The position numbers and the translations under genes are program-made. From NCBI RefSeq assembly GCF_030028105.1, contig NC_092380.1, forward strand, positions 17,075,144 through 17,139,143: 64,000 nucleotides of DNA, in the 5' to 3' direction. Shown here in pieces: positions 38,172 through 49,690 of the stretch. The DNA is from Mobula birostris (lineage: Eukaryota). Under the pieces are notes generated by a model. That model saw only the letters and a program-made list of their open reading frames with translations, searched no databases and was not told where the DNA came from. Position 1 is the first letter of the stretch. Every line of letters begins with the position of its first letter.

Positions 38172-38650
38172 CTGTATAGTGGTTAGCACAACGCTTTACA
38201 GTACAGGTGACCTGGGTTTAATTCCCGCCACTACCTGTAAGGAGTTGGTATGTTCTCCCCGTGACCACGTGGGTTTCCTCTGGGTGCTCCAGTTTCCTCC
38301 CACAGTCCAAAGATGTACTGGTTGGTAGGTTAATTGTCCTGTGGCCATCAAACTTTACAACCCTTCCCTTGGAGGGTCAGACACCCTGAGCCAATAGGCT
38401 GCTCCTGGACTTATTTCCATCTGGCATAATTTATATATTATTATTTAATTATTTATGGTTTTATATTGTTATATTTATACTCTATTCTTGGTTGGTGCAA
38501 CTGTAATGAAACCCAATTTCCCTCAGGATCAATAAAGTATGTCTATCTGTCTATCATTGTAAATTGTCCCGTGGTTAGGCTTGGATTGAATCGGGGGTTT
38601 TGCTGGGTGGCGTGGCTCAAAGAGCTGGAAGGGCCTATAGCACACTGTAT
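38172..38650 (+). mobile_element. V-SINE interrupted by a LINE tail fragment
   Basis: tRNA-like head (TAGTGGTTAGC..GGTTTAATTCC) and V core TTCTCCCCGTGACCACGTGGGTTTCCTCTGGGTGCTCC. Confidence 0.7.
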
Positions 38651-39279
38651 ATAACAAAAAGTAAGTTTGGATAAGTACATGGATGGGAGTGGGATGGGAG
38701 TGGGATGGAAGGCTGTGGTCTGCGTGTAGGTTAGTGGGACTAGGCAGTTTAAGTGGTTCAGCACGGACTGGATGGGATGAAGGGGCTGCTTCTGTGGTGT
38801 AGCTTTCAATGACTCTGTATTATACAAACTCTTCAGTTCCTGAATAAAGCATCTATAGAGGGAAGGTCCACATTTGACAGTATTAAAGGGGGCAGGGGCA
38901 GAGTGGGAAAGAATAAAAAAGCTCTTGGTAACAATGGAAAGGGATGTTTCTGAGCAATTTTGTGGACAAATCTACTGTCCAAGCAAGTTTTCAGAATCAG
39001 CTACCTACTCACACAGATCATAGGACTGGTATTGAGAAAGAAAAATGAGATTTAACAAGATGAATGGAGGAACCTGCACAGGTAAAAAAATACACAAACA
39101 AAAGCCCGCTGTATTGGGGAGAGTGCGCCAACGTTCACAATAAGCATTCATGTTAGCCTGTATTGAGCTCAATGTCCTAGTGTTGGGAGAAATAGAAATT
39201 AAGGCCACACAATATATAAATCTGCTACACCATTTGTCAAAATGAAGCTCACCCAGTAATATGCAGAAAAACACAAGTT

Positions 39280-40332
39280 GTTTGGTCAGATTTAACCAGT
39301 TTTATTGCTGTGGGTGACAGAAACACATTCCATCAAAGACACTGGCAAATCTTTAGACCAGAGGTAATGTGGCTGAAGCATTTAATCCCACACATCATGC
39401 ACAAAATAAAGCAAACAGCAGGCAGCCAGTCACACACCAGATGTGCACACCCACTGGCAGCATATCACACATTCCCAACCAATGCAAAAGTCCAGATGCA
39501 CACAACCAGCCTGAATCTCGTTCCATTTTCCTTTACATTAATTTCTCCGTGTTACTGGTTGCAATGATCTTAGTTCTGGGCCAAATAATTCACTACTGAT
39601 CACGTTTCACTCTGCTCAATGTTTCTAAATTTCAGTTACTTGTTTCAAGGAAGTACCTTTTCTCGTTTGATTAGTTGTGGAAATTATACATCCCTTAACC
39701 AATATAGAGTTCAAGCCCTCTGTTCCAAACCACCAATGGCCCTGTTGCTGATTCCAAACTGCAAATTATAAATTTGAACAACCAGTAAGGAGTGTTTAAT
39801 CCCTGACCCAGTGCTGACAACTGTTGGGTTATTTCAACCAACATATAGCAGGCATTTAGCATGCCTTCCTATTTATGGTGAAACTATAATTCAAAGGCAT
39901 CCACAGAGCACCAACACCATCCAATTCTAGTTCTGAAGCAAAACCAACAGTTTTAGTGCAACAGGACATTTACATATGCTGAAGTCCAGCTTGGGTTTTG
40001 TACTGTTGGAAGTAGAAATACAATTCAAACATAAGAAGTCCTTGTCTAAATAAGTGTTAATCTAACTAAGTTTTCTGAGAGTGATCTGAATTCTAATGAG
40101 TGTTAATTGTCTCCCCCATACCCTCTTGATCCAAACCCCACCCCACACACATACTATGTGCAACACATGCAAAATATGGTCATGTTTGATTGCTCCTCTC
40201 TTCAGCGAAGTTGTCTCTTCAGTCCGAGAGATTTGGGCGATCGATTTAGTTACAGAAACAATATGTACAGCTAATGGCGCCCATGGAAACGAAACCAATC
40301 AAACGAGACCAGCTTGTGCACAGAGCTGAAAC
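39280..40332 (-). other. SMDT1: SMDT1 non-coding terminal exon (3'UTR)
   Basis: Minus-strand acceptor tctcttcttgtctttcag| at 40333; about 1 kb of non-repetitive sequence; minus-strand AATAAA at 39301-39306. Confidence 0.65.
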
Positions 40333-42421
40333 CTGAAAGACAAGAAGAGAGAGAGATGACACCATCTTCACTGCCTCTTTCTGCTGAGTGTTTAATTCCC
40401 CCTGCAGTCTTAGGGGCATGGAGGTTTGGGGGCAGACTAATACTGGAGCATCTGCAGCTGATTGTTATCAGTCACCAAACACAGTGACGTTGTGTTCACA
40501 TCCCTCTATTCACAACCAAGATCATCCCCGGAAGAACCACCCAGAATCAGGAGCAGATTTAGAATTGGAAGGCAGATGGGTTGTAAAATCCAACTTGCTC
40601 ATTAATGCCATTCAGGGAAAAAGACTTATAAACACAAAATACTCTGCAGATGCTGGGGTCAAAGCAACTTTCACAACACACTGGAGGAACTCAGCAGGTC
40701 GGGCAGCATCCGTGGAAACGATCAGTCAACGTTTCGGGCCGGAACCCTTCGTCAGGAAGGGAAGAAGACTTGCTGTTCTTAATCAGTGTGTCCCCTGTGC
40801 AGCTCTATCCCCACCCACCTTCCAAAATGGCAAACAATTTGGTCTTGCACTCTACCTACTAAAGTATGCTCTCAGAATCCAGAGGAACAACAGTTCCAAT
40901 TGGATCTGCATAGCAAACTCCCACAAATCCCAGATAATAAACTTATTTTTAAAATCTAGTGATACTAGATAAATATCAGCTAGTGCTTCAGGGAAAAAAA
41001 TGTTCTTGCTTCTCTTCACATAGGTCATGAAACGTTTTCCATCGCGGTCAGGACGAACCATGGTTTAAAAGTTTTGTGCGTAACTCGTCAGCACTGACAG
41101 GAAATAATGAGTGGGATTTGAATCCACCACCTTCTGATTTAGAGGCAGGAGCACTACCCACTGAGCCGGTAACTTCAATTTGCCAAGATACATGGTAAAA
41201 TTTTGCCTTTCCACATTGATGGCTCCCCCTGGCAGTGACAGGGAACAGTTTTCAAGGACAGCAGTTCTTTCTTTAGATAGCCCTGCAAGTCATCCTAATG
41301 ACAGCTGGATTCCACGTGGACAAGAGATACAAAACTCCCCAGTAGTGAGCTGCCAGTCAGCCTTTATTCTCCAGCATGGGTGCCTGGAGTAACTTTGAGA
41401 TACTATAGTTCACTCCTGTTTCCTGTCAACACCTACAATCAGGAGAGGTCATGGTGTGGATCCTTATACCAGTCACGCACAAGAACATCTCAAGAGGCTT
41501 CACAGAAGCAGCCATTAATTGTCTTCGGATCAGTGGGATCCAGAATACACTACTCAGCTGCAGACCGAACACTTGCCCCACCACCAGGTTCAGGAACAGT
41601 TGCTCCCCCTCAACCATCAGGCTCTTGAAACAAAGAGGGTAACTTCACTCACCCCATCACTCAACTGTTTCCATAACCTATGGACTCACTTTCAAGGTCT
41701 CTTTGTCTAATATGATCGATAATTATTAATTATTATTTTCTTTTTGTATTTGCACATTAGTTGTCTGTCTTGTGTGTGGTTTTTCATTGATTCCATTGTG
41801 TTTCTTTGTATTTACTGTGAATGCCTGCTAGAAAATGAACCTCAGGGACATATATTTAACTCGAACATCAGGAAGTTTTTGACAAGAACAAGCCATTTGG
41901 CCCATCAAAACTTGCAAAGTTCCTACTCACATAGTGTGTTGAAATAACTATTGAGTTAAAAAAATTGGATAGTTATATGGACAGGAAAGGAATGGAGGGT
42001 TATGGGCTGAGTGCAGGTCGGTGGGACTAGGAGAGAGTAAGTGTTCGGCATGGACTAGAAGGGCCAAGATGGTCTGTTTCCATGCTGTAATTGTTATATG
42101 GTTATATGGAGTTTAGATTTAGAAGTCTCTAAGGTACTACTCTTAACTACAAAAATAGGTAGATTGTTCCATGTGTCCACAACTGGCTGCGTAAAGAAAT
42201 GTTTCCTGAAACTGATCTCCACCTATGGCCCTGTGTCCTCATAGATGGATTAATTTTGAAGTAGCAGCTGGCATTCACCTTACTTTAGACCTTAATGATT
42301 TTGAACACTTCTGTCAAGTGTGGTGACACATATGTACTTTGATAAAACATTTACTCTGAGCTTTGAAAAGGCAGGACTGGCATCAGACAGTAAATTTGCA
42401 GGCATGCTCCTTTACCCTGAG

Positions 42422-42559
42422 TCAATCATCATCGTCGTCATCAGCTGGGACAAAGATATCATGTTCCTCCAGCAGCGAGGCAAAGTTCTTGCTGATCAAC
42501 GTGCCCATGTATAGAAAAGGAATAACCACAACGAAGACTTTCAAAAGACCAAAGGAAAT
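42422..42559 (-). CDS. SMDT1: SMDT1/EMRE exon 2 (TM helix and acidic tail)
   Basis: ttcctgcag| acceptor; ISFGLLKVFVVVIPFLYMGTLISKNFASLLEEHDIFVPADDDDDD*; GxxxS motif and poly-Asp tail. Not in the ORF track. Confidence 0.96.
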   Translation of the reverse strand: MSFGLLKVFVVVIPFLYMGTLISKNFASLLEEHDIFVPADDDDDD

Positions 42560-43419
42560 CTGCAGGAAGGAAAGTAAAACTTTATTTTAATATTCATCCA
42601 CTTCTACCAGCGCTGCATGCCAGCATCAGCCCGCGAGGTGATGTTCACGACCCAAACCTGCACAGTCTCCCTCATCTGATGTTCACACAGCCAGCCATAT
42701 CTGGTCTCAGAAAGCCACGGCATCATACCACACCCTCCCAGGAAACACAGCATTCACATCCCATGAAGAAATAAATATCATTAAGTAGATTCAAGATAAA
42801 AGATGGATTTCTGGTCTATAAACGGAGTCAAGGGTAATGGAAAACAGATAAGAAAATAAGACCTGCAGTTGGTGAACATCTCAAGTAAAAATAGAAACTT
42901 CTGGAACCACTCAGCGGGTTAGGCAGCATTTGTTGAAAGGCAAGCTGAGAGTATTGTTGGGAGTTTTTTTAAAAAAAAAGCTTTAAAAGCAGATAGGACA
43001 CGGGAGAAGAAGGGGAGATCGGGTCAGCCCTGATCTCGCTGAATGCACCCAACAGTCCCAGGAAGCGCACAGCCAAATCCTGACTCCATGAAGCCCACAA
43101 CTTAAAATATGGATCAGAACAGGATAATTAAATCGGTCTTCAAAGCCAGCAGTCATTCATTGAAGTACTGAAATAAAATATGAACAGAAAATACTGGAAC
43201 ACTCAGCGGGTCGGACAGCATACTCGGCCCGACACGTTCACACTTTATGCCCCTCCACAGATGCTGGCTGGCCTGTTCAGTTCCTCCAGCATTCCGTGTC
43301 TGCCCTCCTTGTTCGTCAATGGGCAAGACACATGTCAATCATCGCACTCTGCCCGCTGATTGGTGCAGAGCGCCGTCAATAAAATATCCGCCATTCACCG
43401 GACTAAGAGCCGACCTTAC

Positions 43420-43581
43420 CTTTTCAGGTTTGGGTAAAATGGCTCCCGATCTTGTCACCAACATGTTTCGGGCCGAATCGAGCTGCCTCCCAGGTTTGAC
43501 CTGAGGATTCAACAAGCCCCGGGTTACCCCGACCCTTAGGGTGTTTCTGAGACCGAACAGAGACCGCCCAAAAGCCGCCAT
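43420..43581 (-). CDS. SMDT1: SMDT1/EMRE exon 1 (mitochondrial targeting peptide)
   Basis: MAAFGRSLFGLRNTLR...VTRSGAILPKPEK with AAG|gtaag donor. TRSGAILPKP is the EMRE signature. Joined CDS is 99 aa. Confidence 0.95.
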
Positions 43582-43614
43582 ATCTGTGGAAGGAGAGCGG
43601 ACGTTGCTCGCTGC

Positions 43615-43688
43615 TGACGTCACGCATTTTTTAAAGGCCGCTCCCCGCCTTTGACTGGGTTCTCATGGCAACTGGTTGCTATGGCGCC
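43615..43688 (-). promoter_or_regulatory. SMDT1 proximal promoter: CRE and RFX X-box-like sites
   Basis: TGACGTCA at 43615-43622, GTTCTCATGGCAAC at 43659-43672 and GTTGCTATGGCGCC at 43675-43688, in a CpG-rich segment. Confidence 0.6.
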
Positions 43689-44789
43689 GGAATCAACACA
43701 GTAGGGACCTCCAAACCAAACTGCGTTAAAGGGTCGGTAATAGTTGGTGATCGATATTTACTTAAAAAGGCAACTGGAATGTGTAGAACAAAAGTGAACG
43801 ATAGTGTTAAGATCTAAATCGAAGGGCCAAGTGGTTTGCTCCCACAACAGATGGATTGCACACAAACCCTATTGTCACTGATTACACTTTAAAAAAGACT
43901 TAATTAGTTGCAAATTCTTTTGAGATTTATTGGAATAGCTCCGGGACTATTAGGCTGGAAAATCAGACGAAGGGAGGAGGGTGACAGAAAGAGAGGTAAT
44001 CAGAAGGAAAGTGGTCTAATTAACAAATGATTCAAAGGCAAGGAGCACAGATTCAAACTGAAGGGCAAAAGAAGCAGGTGCAATGCAAGAGGAAATCTTT
44101 TGCAACACACACGCACACACACAATGCTGGAGGAACTCTGTAGGCCAGGCAGCATCTATGGAAAGTAGCAAGACATACAAACCTGCTGGATTTCCAGCAT
44201 CTGCAAGTTTTCTCTTGTTTGTCTATGGCAAGGAGTGCATCTGAGGTTTTGGGCCGAGACCCTTCCTCAGGACAAATCTTTTGTTCGGTAATAATCTAAT
44301 ACTTGCTGCCTATAACTTTGCTGAAATCATTGAAGCAATGCTTTCACAGGAGAATTGGAAAGGTACTTGAGGAAATGAACGTGGGATTGGGAATAAATGA
44401 TCTGTATTACAGGGTTTTATATGACATCGCTGGCCAGAATGACTCCTAGCACTTTAATTCGATGATTCTAAGTTATTTCTGATCTGAAATTATTTGAATT
44501 ATGAATGACATTGCATGAGTCAAAACTAAGGATATGGGTAATCGAACGCAGATGCACGACAGTTTTCAATCCTTGCTTTAAAATGATCCATTTTTCTCAT
44601 TATTTGTAAATTAAGTAATTTCCCTTCATAAATGTTCACGTTTCTATTTCGTGCCTACGTATCCATGGGAGATGGGAATCGCAATCACTCGTTAGGTCGG
44701 CACTGCACCTCCTATAATGTAAACGATGAATTTATAAAATATCGAATTTATACTTAAACAAGGGCCGGACTGGGTGTGGGGGCAGTCGA

Positions 44790-45017
44790 TGTGGCACGGA
44801 AGAGGTTACGCCAGAGGTGAACTGCAGGTGGCAGTGTCGCGGGAGCTTTGGCTGCTCTCGCTCTCGACTTCGGCACGAACTACCGGGAGCGGGAGCGCGC
44901 CTGTGACATGGGAGGTGCGAACGAAGGTTGAGGATTGTTGTCAGGTGACACAAGTCAGCTGATCCTGGGGTTTCAACTCTAACTCCTGGGCTGCAACTGA
45001 GCAAGGATCAGTGGTGG
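44790..45017 (+). other. NAGA: Probable non-coding first exon / CpG promoter of NAGA
   Basis: CpG-rich unique sequence with CGGAAG (ETS-like), ending in a consensus donor GG|gtaagt at 45018. The NAGA ATG exon begins with an acceptor and so needs an upstream exon. Confidence 0.55.
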
Positions 45018-46726
45018 GTAAGTAAGTGGCAACGGGGGCAAGAGGGAGGGAGATTGCCAAAAGTGGCAGAGGGAAACAGGAGGGGTGGGGAAAGGGGGTA
45101 GTGGAGGAAGGGATCGTTGGCAGAGGAAGAGAGGATGATGAATGAAGCACTAGCAATGGGAGCGAGGGAGGCAGGGTGGGAAATGGAGAGAATATTGGAA
45201 GGGGGCGGCGATAGAGCGATCATGCACATCGCGATGGAGAGAGAGATAGAGACTAAGCGTTAGTGAATGGTGGCAGAGATGGGCAAACGGGAAGGCAAAG
45301 AAGCGTTACCAAAAATAGCAGAACTTCTTGCCAGTGGCTGTGATGTGTGTTTGGGTTAGAACAGTGTATGAGCTCGTTTGAGCTTCGGAACTCGGTTGCT
45401 TTGGTGGACGGGCTATGGGGGTGTTTGGGAAGAAGGAAAATAAATTTCTCTCAGCTGGGGTGACTGTGAGGCGTGTGTAGCCCATTGTCAGCTATTGTAT
45501 GACCAGCTTGGTAAGTGGGGCGAGGGTCAGGGAGACTGTAGGTATGATATGAAATATAGTCATAGAACATGACAGCACAGAAACAGGCCATTCGGTCCGT
45601 CGAGTCCATGCCGAACCATTAATCTGCCTAGTCCTATCAACTTGCACCTGGACCCCTCCATACCCCTCCCATCCATGTACCTATCCAAACTTCTCTTAAA
45701 TGTTGAAGCTGACCTCACTCCACCACTTGTGATGGCAGCTTCATTCCACACTCTGAGTGAAGACGTTTCCCCTCATGTTCCCCTTAAACATTTCACCTTT
45801 TACCCTTAACCTATGACCTTCTAGTTCTAGTCTCACCCAACCTCAGTGGAAAAAGCCTGCTTGCATTTACCCTGTCTATACCCCTCATAATTTTGTATGT
45901 CTCTATCAAATCTGCCCTCAATCTTCTACTATGTTCTAGGGAATAAAGTACTAACCTATTCAGCCATTCCCTATAACTCAGATCCTCAAGTTCTGGCAGC
46001 ATCCTTGTAAATTTTCTCTGCACTCTTTCAATCTTACTTACATCTTTTCTGTAGGCAGGTGACCAACTTTGACCTCACCAATGTCTTATGCAACTTCGAA
46101 CTCCCAACTCCTGTACTCAGCACATTGATTTATGAAGGTCAATGTTCCAAAAGCTTTCTTTACGATCCTATCTACTTGTGACGCCACTTTCAATGAATTA
46201 TTGGTCTGTATTCCCAGATCCCTCTGCTCTATCACATTCCTCAGTGCCCTACCACTCACTGTGGAAGACCTACCCTGGTTGGTCCTCCCAAAGTGCAAAA
46301 CTTGTCGGCATTAAATTCCATCTGCCCATTTTTTGAGCTGGTCCAGAACCCTCTGCGAGCTTTGACAGTCTTCCTCGCTGTCCACTATACCCCCCAATCT
46401 TGGTATCATGCATCGATTTGCTGATCCAGTTTACCACGTTATTATCCAGATCATTGATATAGATGACAAACAACAACATATCCAGCTCCGATCTCTGCAG
46501 CACACCACTAGTCACAGGCCTCCACTCACAGAGGCAACCAACTACAACCACTTTCTAGCTCTCTTGAAGCCATTGTCTAATCCAATTTACTACCTCATCT
46601 TGAATGTCAAGAGATTGAACCTTTTTGACTAACCTCCCATGTGGGACCTTGTCAAAGTCCTTCCTAAAGTCCATGTAGACAATATCCACTGCTTTGCCTT
46701 CATCAACTTTCCTGGTATCTTCCTTG

Positions 46727-46954
46727 GGGGGGGAGGGGAACGTCGACTCAGACCATGAGAGGCCTGCGTCGGAAATTTTCGTGCCTTACAAGGCGCAGAT
46801 TGGAAGTCTGTGTGGGGCGCCACTCCTCACACACACACTAGAGCAATGTGTGGTTAAGTGCCTTGCTCAAGGACACAAACACGCTGCCACAGCTGAGGCT
46901 CGAACTAGCAACCTTCAGATCACTAGGTGAATGCCTTAACCACTTGGCCACGTT
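46727..46954 (-). mobile_element. tRNA-derived SINE inserted in CR1
   Basis: Minus-strand A box TGGCCAAGTGG and B box TAGTTCGAGCC. 7-bp TSD ttccttg at 46720-46726 and 46955-46961. Confidence 0.82.
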
Positions 46955-47549
46955 TTCCTTGAAAAACTCTATAAGATTGGTTAGACACAAATTACCATGC
47001 ACAAAGCCATGTTTTTCACTATCTCTAATCAGTCCCTGTCTATCCAGATACTTATATATATCCTGTCCCTTAGAATACTTTCTCACTACTGCTGTCAAAT
47101 TCACTGGCCTATAATTTTCTGGCTTATTCTTAGAGCCTCTCTTAAACAATGGAACAACATTATCCATCCTCCAATCCTACGGTGTCTCACCCATGACTAG
47201 TGATGTTTTAAATATCTCTGCCAAAGCCCCTGCAATTTGTGCACTAGCCTTCTCCCCCCCCCCCCCATAAGGCCCGAGGGAGCACCTTGTCAGCTCCTGG
47301 GGATTTATCTATTATAATTTGCCTCAAGACAGCAAACACCTCCTCCTCTGTAATCTGTACAGGGTCCATGTCCCCGCTGCTGCATTGCCTCGCATCTATA
47401 GACAATGTGTCCGTCTCCTGAGTAAATACAGATGCAAAAAAAAAATTAGTTTTAAGATCTCCCCCATCTCTTTTGGCTCCATGCATAGATTACCAATCTG
47501 ATCTTCCGGAGGACCAATTTTGTCCTTTGCAATCCTTTTGTGCTTAATA

Positions 47550-48338
47550 CAGTCGGCCCTCCTTATCCGCGGGGGATTGGTTCTGGGATCCCTCACGGAT
47601 ACCAAAAAACCCGGATGCTCAAGTCCCTTATTCAACCTGCCCAGTGCGGTGGTCTTTAGGACCCAGCAGAACCCCGGACCTTATTTAACCAGTCTCGGTG
47701 CGGTGGATATTAGGACGGGGCGGCGGAGCTCTGAATCGGCAGTGTTTCTGTTCACGAAAATAATCACGATCACAATTGAAAATAAAGTGGAAATAATAAA
47801 GCGATCAGAAAGAGGTGAAACGCCATCGGTCATTGGAAAAGCGTTAGGCTACAGTCGGTCAACGATCGGAACAATTTTAATGGCACATGTGAAAGGCCCT
47901 GCCCGATGAAAGCTACAATTATTACTAAGCAACGCTGTGGTTTAATTATTGAAATACATTCGTGTCTTAAGTGTTTTATATGCATAGAAAGGTAAAATAT
48001 ATACTATATACTTAGGCAAACGTTTGACTAACTGATGCTAAATAATACCGGATGTACCTGTTCTGACTTAAAGACAGACTCAGGAACGGAACTCGTTCAG
48101 AACNNNNNNNNNNNNNNNNNNNNNNNNNNNNNNNNNNNNNNNNNNNNNNNNNNNNNNNNNNNNNNNNNNNNNNNNNNNNNNNNNNNNNNNNNNNNNNNNN
48201 NNNNNNNNNNNNNNNNNNNNNNNNNNNNNNNNNNNNNNGCTCAAACAACGAGTGCTGGAGACAAAACTTCCGGGTTTTCCTGATCCGCGGTTGATTGAAT
48301 CTGCGCATGCGGAACCCGCGGATAAGGAGGGCCAACTG
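47550..48338 (+). mobile_element. Tigger/pogo-derived internally deleted DNA transposon
   Basis: TA|CAGTCGGCCCTCCTTATCCGCGG ... CCGCGGATAAGGAGGGCCAACTG|TA. CENP-B/psq HTH remnant ITIENKVEIIKRSERGETPSVIGKALGYSRSTIGTIL. Confidence 0.9.
48104..48238. other. Assembly gap (135 N)
   Basis: Run of N. Confidence 0.99.
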
Positions 48339-48574
48339 TATATCGGTAGAAGCCTTTGGGATTCTTCTACAGTTTGACTGCTAGAGCAACCTCTTTTAGC
48401 CCTCCTGATTTCCTTCTGATGTGTCCTCTTGCATTTTTGTACTGAAATACCTCTTTTGTTTCTGCCTGCCTCTCACTGCAATGCACCTCCCCTTTCATAA
48501 CCAGGGCCTCAATCTCTCTTGAAAACCAAGGTTTCATAAATCTGTTATTCTTGACTTTTACTTTGACTGTTTGC

Positions 48575-49690
48575 CTAGGTACCGTATCCGATGCGGACTT
48601 TGGTGACCGTGGTTTTCCATACAGATCTATCCTTCGTTTTTTGGATGACGTCCATTTCCTCGATGTGTAGCCACCTGGCTAGGCTTTTGACGTACATAAG
48701 CCGAGGTCTTCCTCTAGGTTTGCTCCCCTCAATCTTTCCAGAGAGTATGAGTTTTTCTAGTTCATCTTTCCGCATGATGTATCCTAGGAACCTGAGTTGT
48801 CTTTCTCTTATTGTTGGTATGAGTGATCGAACTGCTTGGGCTCGTCTGAGAACTTCTTCATTTGATGTGTGTGTGGTCCGTGATATTTTTAACATTCTCC
48901 TGTAGAACCAAAATTCAGCTGCTTCTAGTCTCTTTTCCATTGCTGGAGAAATGGTCCAGTATTCACTTCCTTAAATCAGGATAGAATAAATGTAGCACTG
49001 CAGTATTCTGTTTTTAGTGTACGTGCTCATCTTTCTGTCTGCTAATATGGGCTTCATTTTTTGGAAAGCTTCTCTCACCATTGCTATTCTGTATTTGATA
49101 TCTGTGTTGCACCTGCCATTACTTGTTATTAGGCTGCCAAGATATTTGAATTTGTTGACTTGTTTGATGTTTGTATTTCTGATCTTGATCACACATTGTG
49201 GGATGTTTGTCTTTCTGGAGATGACCATGCTTTCTGTCGTCTTGGTGTTGATTGAGAGGCCTTTGCGATTACTTTCTGCTGCCACTATAGTGAGTAATTC
49301 TTGAAGTTTTGTTTCTGAGTCAGCTATTAGTACAATGTCATCAGCATATCTGATGTTATGTATATTATGGCCTCCAATTGCAAATTCTTTGATATCTTTG
49401 ATACTTCTCAAGATATTTTCACTCTACAGGTTGAATAAGTCTGGCGAAAAGACACAACCTTGCCTGACTCCTCTCATGATATTCACATACTCACTCACTT
49501 CTCCTTCTATTCTGATGGATGCTGTCTGGTCCCAGTATAAGTTTCTTAAGAAACATATATCTTTCCCATCCACGTCAAGATCTTGAAGCATTTCCAGAAG
49601 ATCTTGCTGTCTGACAGTGTCAAAAGCTTTTGTATAGTCAATGAAACATAGGCAGATGTCTTTTTGTACCAGATGGTTCATTCATAGATC
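48575..49690 (-). mobile_element. RTE-clade LINE, 3' part of RT
   Basis: CFIDYTKAFD, RGVRQGCVFSPDLFN, NIRYADD, FKYLGS and GKIEGSKPRGRPR motifs. Confidence 0.9.

Noticed and set aside
43582-43623. N-terminal extension of EMRE from an upstream GTG
   Set aside because: The start is non-ATG and falls in promoter motifs; ATG 43581 gives a normal targeting peptide.
48012-48335. ORFs containing X runs
   Set aside because: Artefacts of the N gap.
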